DNA of 64,000 bases from Verrucomicrobia bacterium ADurb.Bin006 (GTDB lineage Bacteria > Verrucomicrobiota > Verrucomicrobiia > Limisphaerales > J093), in NCBI GenBank assembly GCA_002071485.1, contig MWFF01000127.1, positions 310-64,309 on the forward strand. Direction: 5' to 3'. The translations under genes and the position numbers were made by a program. Of this stretch, positions 46,531 through 57,010 are shown piece after piece. Each line of letters starts with the position of its first letter. Within the stretch, counting starts at the first letter, position 1. Below the pieces are notes generated by a model. It was not told where the DNA came from, searched no databases, and worked only from the letters and a program-made list of their open reading frames with translations.

Positions 46531-47394
46531 ATGCCGGGCATTCTATCCAAATCGTTGTCGACGGGCATCGTCACCACACGCTATCCGGACGCCCCCGCCC
46601 ACGCATCCCCCCACGCCCGCGGTCGGCTCGAGATCGACTGGTCCAAGTGGAATGACGCCCGCTCCGCCGCCGCCGTCTGCCCGACTGGCGCCATTGCGTG
46701 CCACGACGCCGCACAGGCACGCACGGTCACATTCGACCTCGCCAAGTGCGTCTTCTGCGGCCTCTGCGCCGACACGGACAAGGCGATCCGCATGAGCACC
46801 GTCTGCGAGTGCGCCGCGCGTCACCGGAACCGCCTCGTCTCGACCGCGCAGTACAGCCTCAACGAGGACGGCACGCACCGGCGGTTGATCGCCGGACCCG
46901 ACGGGGCCACAGCGATGCGTGGTGCAGTCTCCTCCCTTCCCCGAAACGACTCGATCGAGTCGCTGGGCCGCCAGATTCAGTCCCGGGCCGCTCGCCTCTT
47001 CGGCCGCTCGCTCCACATCCGCGAGGTCGACGCCGGCTCGTGCAACGGATGCGAGATCGAGATCGTCGGCCTCAACAGCCCGGTCTACGACATCGAACGT
47101 TTCGGCATTCACTTCGTCGCGTCGCCGCGCCATGCCGACCTGCTGCTGGTCACCGGCCCGGTGACACGGAACATGGAACTGGCGCTGAAGAAGACCTACG
47201 ACGCGACTCCCGAACCCCGCCTGGTGGTCGCCGTGGGCGCCTGCGGCTGCAGCGGCGGCATCTTCGGCGTCAACTACGCGACGCGGGGTCCTGTCGACAG
47301 CGTGATTCCCGTCGATGTCTACATTCCCGGCTGCCCGCCCAATCCCCAAGCCCTGTTGCACGGAATCCTCCTGGCCATCGACCGCGGCGTTTAG
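46531..47394 (+). CDS. Fusion of a half-degenerate 2x[4Fe-4S]-ferredoxin-like module (HyfH/HycF-like) with a NuoB/HyfI(HycG)-like small subunit
   Basis: N-terminal part: ...SAAAVCPTGAI... and ...CVFCGLCADTDKAI.... C-terminal part: VDAGSCNGCEIEI, VGACGCSGGIF, IPGCPPNP (all four proximal-cluster Cys present). Confidence 0.85.
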   Translation: MPGILSKSLSTGIVTTRYPDAPAHASPHARGRLEIDWSKWNDARSAAAVCPTGAIACHDAAQARTVTFDLAKCVFCGLCADTDKAIRMSTVCECAARHRNRLVSTAQYSLNEDGTHRRLIAGPDGATAMRGAVSSLPRNDSIESLGRQIQSRAARLFGRSLHIREVDAGSCNGCEIEIVGLNSPVYDIERFGIHFVASPRHADLLLVTGPVTRNMELALKKTYDATPEPRLVVAVGACGCSGGIFGVNYATRGPVDSVIPVDVYIPGCPPNPQALLHGILLAIDRGV

Positions 47395-47680
47395 GGTCTG
47401 AGCATAAATTACTTCCGATTTTGCTGGAGGGGCTTTGGCTCGCTGACGCGGCGCGACTAGGGAGCATACCCGCAGCGGGCTGTGACCGATGAGCAATCCC
47501 GTGTCCGCGGGACCATCGAGCCAAAGCCCCCGCAGCCCTTCGGGGCGAGGCGGCACCGGGCCATCTGCGTCGTTCCTCGGTCGGTCGAGTATCTCAGGGG
47601 ATACACTCCCTGCCTCGGGCCTCGCATCTGGCCCGGTGGCGCTCCCGCCAAAATCGGAAGTGATTTTTGCACAGACCCTT
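47393..47680. repeat. 288-bp foldback element with ~35-bp imperfect terminal inverted repeats
   Basis: The left end AGGGTCTGAGCATAAATTACTTCCGATTTTGCTGGAG (from 47393) pairs with the right end CTCCCGCCAAAATCGGAAGTGATTTTTGCACAGACCCT (to 47680). An inner stem is GGGCTTTGGCTCG / CGAGCCAAAGCCC. The element begins inside the stop codon of the preceding gene. Confidence 0.55.
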
Positions 47681-47913
47681 ACCTGGCCCTCCACGTGTGG
47701 CCCTACGCCGAACCATCGCAGTTCCTACCCGCGACAATTAGCGTATCTTCCGACGCGTCCAAGCCCGCACGCCCTGGGCGATCTCCGGGATGCTCTGCAT
47801 CGTCGCCCTCACCCGTCCCGCATGGCGGCACACCCTCGACCATCGGACCTGCCTGCCGGAGCCTCGGGGCAGGCAGGTGCGAGAGGGTCGGGCTGACCGT
47901 GCCGGGGACGCGG

Positions 47914-48312
47914 CTCGAAGAATCTGTCTGGGCAACGGTCTCGAGTTCGAGCCAGGCTGGTCTGCAATCGTTTCTGCTGGATTTCGGCGCCGCAGCCACA
48001 CCGACTGCAATGGGCTCCGAACCGAACGATCCGGCGTGGCATTGGAACAACATTACCGAGGCGATTGGCATGTCGCCAGACGGACGCCTGCCCAAGCTCG
48101 CAACCACGGCGAATCTCCCGACCGACATTGGCTTCGAGATGTTGAGTCGCTTCAATGGGGCAGACCATGAGGGCAGCGCCACATCGAGCGCATTTCCCGC
48201 CAACGCGACGCGCGACTCGGTCTTTGGGAATACCGAACTTTTCACCGGCCTTGCCGACGTCTTCCCGAGCTTCAGGTTCGTCCACCTCACAGCGCCTCGG
48301 TCGCGCCGTTGA
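47914..48312 (+). pseudogene. Possible N-terminal gene fragment (esterase-associated beta-domain-like), truncated at the convergent dynamin gene
   Basis: The tail of ORF 47482..48312 reads ...LQSFLLDFGAAATPTAMGSEPNDPAWHWNNITEAIGMSPDGRLPKLATTANLPTDIGFEMLSRFNGADHEGSATSSAFPANATRDSVFGNTELFTGLADVFPSFRFVHL. It resembles N-terminal regions I recall in front of some SGNH/GDSL hydrolases. There is no signal peptide or usable start, and it stops after ~130 aa. Confidence 0.25.
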
Positions 48313-49966
48313 GGTCGACGGCTTCCTCGATCAGAGCCCCAACCCGCGCCGTCTCGCTCTCGATTCGGGTCAGGGGATCCCTGAGGTCGTGTTCGATTTC
48401 GAGAAACATCCGATCGAACACGAGCGTGATCTCGCGATCCAGGCGGTCGCGGAAATCATCCCGGGAATGTGCCAGCCTCTGTGAAAACTCGCGGAGAATG
48501 CTCGAACGCTTCCAGAGCAGCGTCACGGCGACCAGGCCGGCCCCCACGGCGGCAAGGATGCCGCCCGTAATGTCGAAGGCAATGAGGTGAGTCGCCAGGG
48601 CAATCACCGTCCCCAGAGCGGCCAGGCCGCCGCCAGCCAGGGTGAGCCGGCCTAAATCGGAGCCCTGGATTTCTTTGTCCGACACGACATCCGCCACGCG
48701 CAGATCGCGCAGTTGGCATCCCAGCGTCTCGAGAATATCGCCCCGGGCGCTTGCGATCGGCCTGCTCTGCAGGCGCTGGCCGTTCTGACGCCGGGCGACC
48801 GCCTCTCTCAGTTCGAGGAGCAGCGCCTGCATCTCGTCCGACAGATCCTTCGAGACCCGCGAGGACTCCGCCTCGATTTCCTCCCCGGCCGCACGCTCGA
48901 ATTGGACATGGAGATCCTTGAGCCAGGTCTTGACGTCCTTGTCGCGGATCAGGGGCAACGCGCGTCGCAGAATGGTCCCCACCCCCAGGCCCTCGCTGAA
49001 GTCCGCTTCCAGGCGGGACGACAGGCGGTCGTAGACCGCGCAGAGACTGTTGACCACCAGGCGGGTGAGGGAATTGGCTTTCCGTCGGCGGGCTTCGAGC
49101 CGGCCCAGGAGGTCCTGATAGAATGCGTTGTCCTCGGCGAGCAAGGACTGCTCTTTGCGAAGCCTGGCGAGAAGGTCCGCAACAGTCTTGCGCAGAATAT
49201 TCCTCCCCCCTTCAAGCTTCATTCTCCAGACATCGCCGCTTTCGACCGCCTGGCGCAGGTAGTTGCGAAACGCGGCAAACCCGGCGTCCGTGCCCTCCTC
49301 GGACTCGCGTTTCGCGGACAGGGGGAACACCAGGGGCGCCTGGACGCCCCGTTCGCGCGCGTACTGCTTGACCTTCTCGACATTGATGTCCAGTTCGTGC
49401 TGGCTGGCGCGGTCGGCCTGCTGCAAGACAAACACCGTCTTTCGATGCCATTCCTTGCTGATGCGGCTGAGCAGGTCCCACTCGCTGCCGCGGTGGGGAT
49501 TGCTGGCGAGCAACACGTAGATGACCAGGTCGCTGCGCGGGATGTACTGTTCGGTGATTGTCTGGTGATGCGGGATGACGGAGTTGATGCCGGGCGTATC
49601 GACGATTGTGATCTCACGCAGGCTGGGCTTCGGGAGGCGGATTCTCTCCCACTGCTCGCCCAGGCTCGTCCTCGAGCGCTGTTCGCCGTAGGAAATCTCC
49701 TGGATGACCATGGTGCAGGGATCGGGTGCCACCTCGCACACCTCCTCCCCCAAAAGGGCGTTGACGAAGCTGCTCTTCCCCGATTTCACCTCGCCCACGA
49801 TGACAAAAAGGGCCGCGGACTCGACATGTGCCAACCGATCCCGCAGCAGGGCCGTCGCCCCCGCCTCCCCGCACTGCTCGGTCAGGGCCAGGCAGCGCTG
49901 GAGCAGGATTCTGAGCGATTCACACTGTCGCTTGAATGTCGGGCTGAGGACGGGCTGGGGAGGCAT
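48287..49966 (-). CDS. Bacterial dynamin-like GTPase (BDLP family)
   Basis: MPPQPVLSPTFKRQ... P-loop VGEVKSGKSSFVNALLG, ITIVDTPGINS, VLQQADR. There is a C-terminal hydrophobic paddle/hairpin LTLAGGGLAALGTVIALATHLIAFDITGGILAAVGAGLVAVTLLW. Confidence 0.85.
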   Translation of the reverse strand: MPPQPVLSPTFKRQCESLRILLQRCLALTEQCGEAGATALLRDRLAHVESAALFVIVGEVKSGKSSFVNALLGEEVCEVAPDPCTMVIQEISYGEQRSRTSLGEQWERIRLPKPSLREITIVDTPGINSVIPHHQTITEQYIPRSDLVIYVLLASNPHRGSEWDLLSRISKEWHRKTVFVLQQADRASQHELDINVEKVKQYARERGVQAPLVFPLSAKRESEEGTDAGFAAFRNYLRQAVESGDVWRMKLEGGRNILRKTVADLLARLRKEQSLLAEDNAFYQDLLGRLEARRRKANSLTRLVVNSLCAVYDRLSSRLEADFSEGLGVGTILRRALPLIRDKDVKTWLKDLHVQFERAAGEEIEAESSRVSKDLSDEMQALLLELREAVARRQNGQRLQSRPIASARGDILETLGCQLRDLRVADVVSDKEIQGSDLGRLTLAGGGLAALGTVIALATHLIAFDITGGILAAVGAGLVAVTLLWKRSSILREFSQRLAHSRDDFRDRLDREITLVFDRMFLEIEHDLRDPLTRIESETARVGALIEEAVDLNGATEAL

Positions 49967-50024
49967 GGCGATGTCCCTCGGAATGCGGCCGCGGCGGAGG
50001 GGTGGACCTCCGCCGCGTGCCGGA

Positions 50025-51002
50025 CTACGGGGTGGTCGGCTGGAGCGGATTGGCCCTCTTGAGGAATTTGAAGAAATCGCTGTCGGTGGTGAGGATCAGG
50101 GATGTGTCGTTGGTGAGCACGGCCTTGTAGGTGTCCATGGTCTTGAGGAACTCGTACAAAGCCGCCGCCTCCGGGCTCTGGTTGTACGCTCTGGCGTAGA
50201 TTTCCGACGCCTCCGCATCGGCGTCCCCTTGGATTTGTTGCGTCTTTCGATACGCCTCGGACTCGATCGTCTGCAGGTCCTTCTCCTTTTGACCCAGAAT
50301 CTTGGCGGCTTCGCCGGCCCCTTCCGAACGGAACCGCTCGGCGATCTGCTGCCGCTCGCTGACCATGCGCTCGTAAATGCGGGTCCGAACGCTGGTGTTG
50401 TAGTTGATCCGCTTGAACTGCACGTCCATGAGTTCGATGCCGAACACCTCGATCTTCGGAGCGGCATTGGCGAGAATCTCCTGCTGAACCTTGGCCCGGC
50501 CCTTGTGGATGGGATAGAGGTTCCCGACGTTGCCGCGGGCGTCCTCGATGGCCGCGTCGCGCTCGGGCTCGCGGTCCTTGGTTGTGCGAATGACCTCGAT
50601 GAGTTCATGCCTGGCGATTGCGTTGCGAATCTCGCTGCCGAGAATGTCGTCCAGGCGCGACAACGCGCTCCGTTCATCCTTGAGGCGCAGGTAATACTGT
50701 TTGGCATCGCCGATCCGCCACCGGCCGAAGGCATCGACAATAATGTACGTCTTGTCCTTGGTGGGCATCTCGCTCGGACGCCCGTCCCACCGAAGGACGC
50801 GTTTCTCGATCCGGTTCACCTCCTGGATGAAAGGCATTCGGAGGTGAAGTCCGGCATTGGTGACGGCCTGGCCCACGGGCCTGCCGAACTGGGTAATTAT
50901 GACCTGCTCGGTTTCGCTCACCGTATAGGCCGCGGTCAGCAGCAGAATGAACGCCAGGACGACGACGACGACGATCGGGAGGAGGGGGACGGTTGGTTTC
51001 AT
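50025..51002 (-). CDS. hflC: SPFH-family protease modulator HflC
   Basis: MKPTVPLLPIVVVVVLAFILLLTAAYTVSETEQVIITQFGRPVG...AGLHLRMPFIQEVNRIEKRVLRWDG.... The start overlaps the hflK stop (ATGA). Confidence 0.88.
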   Translation of the reverse strand: MKPTVPLLPIVVVVVLAFILLLTAAYTVSETEQVIITQFGRPVGQAVTNAGLHLRMPFIQEVNRIEKRVLRWDGRPSEMPTKDKTYIIVDAFGRWRIGDAKQYYLRLKDERSALSRLDDILGSEIRNAIARHELIEVIRTTKDREPERDAAIEDARGNVGNLYPIHKGRAKVQQEILANAAPKIEVFGIELMDVQFKRINYNTSVRTRIYERMVSERQQIAERFRSEGAGEAAKILGQKEKDLQTIESEAYRKTQQIQGDADAEASEIYARAYNQSPEAAALYEFLKTMDTYKAVLTNDTSLILTTDSDFFKFLKRANPLQPTTP

Positions 51003-51970
51003 GGACGCTTGGGCTCCGCGCCGAGTTGCAGCAGGGGCAGCGGCTGCGACGCCTTGTCATCCAAGATGATCTTGGACCGCACCTGGGGCAGCACTTCCTC
51101 CATCGTTTCAAGATAAATCCTCCGGCGCGTCACCTCGGGAGCCTTGAGGTACTCGGCAAGCAGCGCGTTGAACCGCGTGGCATCGCCCTGTGCCTCGTTG
51201 ATGCGTTTGACCGCGTAACCCTCCGCCGCGCTGATCCGCTGTTCGGCTTCGCCGCGGGCGCGCGGGACGGCCCTGTTGTACTCGCCATTGGCCACATTGA
51301 TGGATTTCTCCCGCTCCTGCTGCGCCTGGTTCACTTCGTTGAAGGAGGGCTGCACCGGGATGGGCGGGTTGACGTTCTTGAGTTGGACCTGGTCGATGCC
51401 CACACCGATGCCATACTTTTTCACAACCGCCTGCAATCGCACCAGCGCCTCGCTCTCGATCTCCTGTCGTCCGATGGTGATCACCTCGTCCACTGTCCGG
51501 TCGCCCACCACTTCGCGCATGACCGATTCGGACACGTCGCGCAGGGTCTCGCCCGGCTCCCTGAAGTTGAACAGGAAGGCCCGCGGATTATTGATTCGAT
51601 ACTGAATGATCCACTCGACGGTCGCGGCGTTGAGATCGCCCGTCACCATGCTCCGTTCCGCGTCCTGCTCGTCGGCAGAAACGACCTGGGTCGGATTGCT
51701 GCTCCCAAACGCTCCGAACCCGAATTCCTGCTTGAGCTGGCGTCGGACCGGAACCTCAAGGACCTGGTCCAGTCCGTAAGGAAGCTTGAAATGCAGCCCG
51801 GGCTCGACGGTTTTGACATACCGTCCGAAACGCAGGACGATTCCCTGGGACTCCGCCTGAACGGTGTAGATGACCGTGCTCAGGAGGCTGATCGCCAGCG
51901 CCGCACCCGCCACAATCAAGAGCAGGCGCGGACGGATGTTGTAATAGGTATTGCCTACGCGTATTTCCAT
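50999..51970 (-). CDS. hflK: SPFH-family protease modulator HflK
   Basis: MEIRVGNTYYNIRPRLLLIVAGAALAISLLSTVIYTVQAESQGIVLRFGRYVKTVEPGLHFKLPYGLDQV.... The ORF-track start at 52015 is a TTG; the first ATG is at 51970. Confidence 0.85.
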   Translation of the reverse strand: MEIRVGNTYYNIRPRLLLIVAGAALAISLLSTVIYTVQAESQGIVLRFGRYVKTVEPGLHFKLPYGLDQVLEVPVRRQLKQEFGFGAFGSSNPTQVVSADEQDAERSMVTGDLNAATVEWIIQYRINNPRAFLFNFREPGETLRDVSESVMREVVGDRTVDEVITIGRQEIESEALVRLQAVVKKYGIGVGIDQVQLKNVNPPIPVQPSFNEVNQAQQEREKSINVANGEYNRAVPRARGEAEQRISAAEGYAVKRINEAQGDATRFNALLAEYLKAPEVTRRRIYLETMEEVLPQVRSKIILDDKASQPLPLLQLGAEPKRP

Positions 51971-52098
51971 CACCGGATGCACCCTCGCAAAACCTCGTCC
52001 GAGGTCAATCTTCAATCTTCACGCCGACTGCCCCCGACGCCCCAGGGCTGCCCGCGGACATCCGATGGCGTTCACCCAATCACTGGCGCTCGGAAGGA

Positions 52099-53727
<1,629 letters not shown>

Positions 53728-54468
53728 CTACCCCGACCCGAGCATCCGCTCCACCCGCACGGCGTCCTCCGGCGTATCCACGCCCACGCTTTCATAGTCC
53801 ACACGCAGCACGGCGATTGCGACATCGTTCTCCAGCGCCCGCAACTGCTCGAGCCGCTCCGCCCGCTCGAGGGCGGACACCGGCCATCGGACAAGTCGCA
53901 ACAGCGTTTCACGTTGATAAGCGTAGATGCCGATGTGCTTCAGAAAAGCAAACGCCGCCAACTGATCGGGAATCGAACGACTGGCGGCCTCTCGCAGATA
54001 CGGAATCGTGCGCCGGGAGAAATATAGGGCTCGCCCGCTCGAGCTGACAACGACCTTTACGACGTTCGGGTTGTCGTAATCGGCGGGATCGCGGATAGGG
54101 GTGGCGGCGGTGGCCATTGCATTCGCCCTCAAGGCGCCGGCAACCGCGTCGATCACCGCCGGGTCCAGAAGCGGTTCGTCGCCCTGGACGTTCACCGCCG
54201 CCCCCGCCTGGCAGCGCTCCACAACCTCGGCGATCCGATCGGTCCCGCTGGCATGGTCCGCCGCGGTCATCTCTACACGGACAAACCGGCTCGCCACCGC
54301 CCTGATCCGCTCGTCGTCCGTCGCCACGACAACGTCGGCCAGCGCCCGCGCCTGGCGGCATCGCTCGACCACGTGCTGAAGCAGCGGTTTCCCCGCGATC
54401 ACATGCAGCGGCTTGCCCGGAAACCGGGTCGAGCCATAACGTGCTGGTATCACGCCCAGAATCTTCAT
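53728..54468 (-). CDS. kdsB: 3-deoxy-manno-octulosonate cytidylyltransferase
   Basis: [37 protein letters not shown]...VNVQGDEPLL. The ATG at 54468 overlaps the gmhB stop (ATGA). Confidence 0.9.
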   Translation of the reverse strand: MKILGVIPARYGSTRFPGKPLHVIAGKPLLQHVVERCRQARALADVVVATDDERIRAVASRFVRVEMTAADHASGTDRIAEVVERCQAGAAVNVQGDEPLLDPAVIDAVAGALRANAMATAATPIRDPADYDNPNVVKVVVSSSGRALYFSRRTIPYLREAASRSIPDQLAAFAFLKHIGIYAYQRETLLRLVRWPVSALERAERLEQLRALENDVAIAVLRVDYESVGVDTPEDAVRVERMLGSG

Positions 54469-55082
54469 CGACAATCCTCCCTCCTTCCGCCCTCCATGCC
54501 GCCCGCTGTACCGGCATCCGGCCCGCCGGGCGCCTGATCCAGAATCCAGGCCACAGCCGACGGCAGATCATCAACCACCACGGCCCGGCCCAGTTTGTCC
54601 GGCGCGTCCCGTTCCACCTGGGCGCCGTAGCCCGTGCGGACCAGCAGGCTGCGGCGCACCCCGGCATTCCAGCCGCACTCGAGATCGGCCAGCTTGTCGC
54701 CGATCATGTAACTTTGCGACAAATCCACCCCGAACTCATCCCGGGCGTCCAGAAGGAAGCGGGGCGAGGGTTTCCGACCGCGACTCGGCTGATCCGGAGC
54801 CTCGGGGGCGAAATAGATGCGGCTCAACCGAACGCCATGACGGCGCAACTCGGACTCCAAAAACCGGTGAACCCGGTCCATCGCCTCGAGGGTGAAATAC
54901 CCGCGCCCGATCCCCGACTGATTTGTCACCAGGAACAGGAGATAACCCGCTTCGTGCAGCCGGCGCAGGGCGCGTCCCGTCCCGGCGAAGAGCCTGAAGT
55001 CCTCGATGCGATGAATGTAGCCGAGGTCTTCGTTCAGCACGCCATCGCGATCGAGAAACACGGCCGGGCGCATGGTGCTCAC
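54465..55082 (-). CDS. gmhB: D-glycero-D-manno-heptose 1,7-bisphosphate phosphatase (HAD-IIIA)
   Basis: ...[20 protein letters not shown]...[16 protein letters not shown]...RKPSPRFLL...[12 protein letters not shown]. The GTG at 55082 overlaps the upstream stop (GTGA). An alternative ATG is at 55073. Confidence 0.85.
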   Translation of the reverse strand: MSTMRPAVFLDRDGVLNEDLGYIHRIEDFRLFAGTGRALRRLHEAGYLLFLVTNQSGIGRGYFTLEAMDRVHRFLESELRRHGVRLSRIYFAPEAPDQPSRGRKPSPRFLLDARDEFGVDLSQSYMIGDKLADLECGWNAGVRRSLLVRTGYGAQVERDAPDKLGRAVVVDDLPSAVAWILDQAPGGPDAGTAGGMEGGRREDCR

Positions 55083-56098
55083 CGATTGAAACTCGCCAGC
55101 AATTCCCCGCCCTGAACGGTCGCTGTCCCAACCTTTCCAACAACCACGCCCGCGGCATGGTTCGACAGGACGGCGGCCTCGACCGGCGAGCCTCCGGCGG
55201 CGATCGCCAACGTGAACGTGGCGATCACGGTGTCGCCCGCCCCCGACACGTCAAACACATCGCGGGTTACTGTCGGGATGTGAACCGGGGGTCGTGCGCG
55301 CTGGCACAACAGCATGCCCTGCTCGCCCAATGTCACAAGCAGGAGGGCCGGCTGCAGTTTCGACAGAAGTCGATCGACGGTGCGCATAAGAGCCGTGTCC
55401 AAACCCTTGCCGCCGCTTCTGGCACCGTCGGGTTCGCCCGCCAACTCGAAGGCCTCCTTCCGATTGGGCGTGATGAGCGAGAGCCGGCTCAAATCCAAGC
55501 TGTGGACCGGTTTGGGATCAAGGCTCAGCCAGATGCCTCGTTCCCGACAGAAGACCCTCAGTTGGTCCAGGAGGGTCTGGGACACGACCCCTTTGCCGTA
55601 ATCGCCAACGATGACGGCATCGGCCCCGTCCAGGCGCGCCCGCATCGCGTCCAGCAAGGCGTCCGTGGCGTCCGCATCGAGATCGTTGCGCGTCTCGCGA
55701 TCGACCCGCACGACCTGCTGCCGATGCGCCAGAATGCGGGTCTTGACGCTCGTCGGCCGGGTCGCATGGCTCAGGCATCCATCGCAGGCGACGTGGTTCT
55801 CTTCGAGGAGCCGACGCAACCGTGCGCCCGGATCGTCGCGTCCCACAACGCTGAACAACTCGGTTTGGACTCCGAGGGCCGTGAGGTTACGGGCGACATT
55901 CGCGGCTCCGCCGGGCATGAAGCTCTCCCGTTCGAAATCAATCACGGGGACGGGGGCCTCCGGCGAGATTCGGCTCACCTCGCCCCAGACAAACTGATCG
56001 AGCATCACGTCGCCGACAACGAGAATCCGCCGGCAGGCCGCGGCCGCCAGCAGGGCGCGTACGCGCGAGACGCTGAGAGTCGGAATGGACTCGTTCAT
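55079..56098 (-). CDS. hldA: D-glycero-beta-D-manno-heptose-7-phosphate kinase (RfaE domain I / PfkB family; kinase domain only)
   Basis: ...[53 protein letters not shown]...[11 protein letters not shown]. At 339 aa it has no adenylyltransferase domain. Confidence 0.82.
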   Translation of the reverse strand: MNESIPTLSVSRVRALLAAAACRRILVVGDVMLDQFVWGEVSRISPEAPVPVIDFERESFMPGGAANVARNLTALGVQTELFSVVGRDDPGARLRRLLEENHVACDGCLSHATRPTSVKTRILAHRQQVVRVDRETRNDLDADATDALLDAMRARLDGADAVIVGDYGKGVVSQTLLDQLRVFCRERGIWLSLDPKPVHSLDLSRLSLITPNRKEAFELAGEPDGARSGGKGLDTALMRTVDRLLSKLQPALLLVTLGEQGMLLCQRARPPVHIPTVTRDVFDVSGAGDTVIATFTLAIAAGGSPVEAAVLSNHAAGVVVGKVGTATVQGGELLASFNR

Positions 56099-56901
56099 GC
56101 CGCTCCGAGGAAGGCGGTGAGCGGGCTTGTCGGACTGGCGGTCTGCTGCTCGGCGGCCAAACCCATCTCGAAGGCCGCTCGTCCCGCTTCAACCGCCTGC
56201 TTGAACGCGACGGCCATGCGGCTGGGATCGCTCGCCACCGCGATCGCCGTGTTCACCAGCACGGCGTCCGCTCCCAGTTCCATCGCCTCCGCGGCGTGGC
56301 TGGGCGCCCCCAAGCCCGCGTCCACCACGACCGGGACCGTCGCCTGCTCGATGATGATGCGCAATTGATCTCGCGTCTGGAGACCGCGATTGGACCCGAT
56401 GGGCGATCCCAGCGGCATGACGGTGGCCGTGCCGGCTTCCTCGAGCCGTTTCGCCAACACCGGATCCGCATTGATGTACGGAAGCACCGTGAAGCCCTCC
56501 TGCACAAGCATCTGGGCGGCCGCGAGGGTCTCGACCGGATCGGGCAGCAGATAACGCGGGTCCGGGTGGATTTCGAGTTTGACCCACTTGGGCAAACCTG
56601 CCGCCGCCGCCAGCCGCGCCAGCCGAACCGCCTCGCTTGCGTTCATCGCGCCGCTCGTGTTCGGCAAAACCAGGTAGCGCGCCGGATCCACATATTCGAG
56701 GATGTTGGCAAAAGCATCCTTCCGCCCACTCAAATCCGCGCGCCGCAACGCCACGGTCACGATCCCGGTTCCGCTCGCCGCCAAGGCATCACGCATCGCT
56801 TCCGGCGATGCGAACTTGCCCGTGCCGACGAGCAGGCGCGATCCGAACGAGCGCCCCGCAATCGTCAAGGGTTGGGTCATCGACTGAGTGACCAGCGACA
56901 T
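56095..56901 (-). CDS. thiG: Thiazole synthase
   Basis: ...[19 protein letters not shown]...VTVALRR...LPNTSGA...[16 protein letters not shown]...[34 protein letters not shown]...[30 protein letters not shown]. Confidence 0.92.
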   Translation of the reverse strand: MSLVTQSMTQPLTIAGRSFGSRLLVGTGKFASPEAMRDALAASGTGIVTVALRRADLSGRKDAFANILEYVDPARYLVLPNTSGAMNASEAVRLARLAAAAGLPKWVKLEIHPDPRYLLPDPVETLAAAQMLVQEGFTVLPYINADPVLAKRLEEAGTATVMPLGSPIGSNRGLQTRDQLRIIIEQATVPVVVDAGLGAPSHAAEAMELGADAVLVNTAIAVASDPSRMAVAFKQAVEAGRAAFEMGLAAEQQTASPTSPLTAFLGAA

Positions 56902-57010
56902 GCCGGTAAACTAGACGCGTTCTCCGACGTGTGTCGAGGCGCAAACCGGCGACCAGACAAGCGCCCGGATTTGTCACCTGTGCTGTCAGCGTGTATTGTC
57001 GCGCAGCAAA

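Noticed and set aside
47485-47495. CCGATGAG inside the 288-bp foldback element, resembling the hammerhead CUGAUGA core.
   Set aside because: The invariant U of CUGAUGA is a C here. I could not find the matching GAAA and cleavage-site helices.
56902-57010. Expected TPP riboswitch upstream of thiG.
   Set aside because: Reading the minus strand, I find no CUGAGA, no ACCC/GGGU pairing and no pyrimidine-sensing helix pattern. The region is also short (95 nt to the divergent TPR gene).
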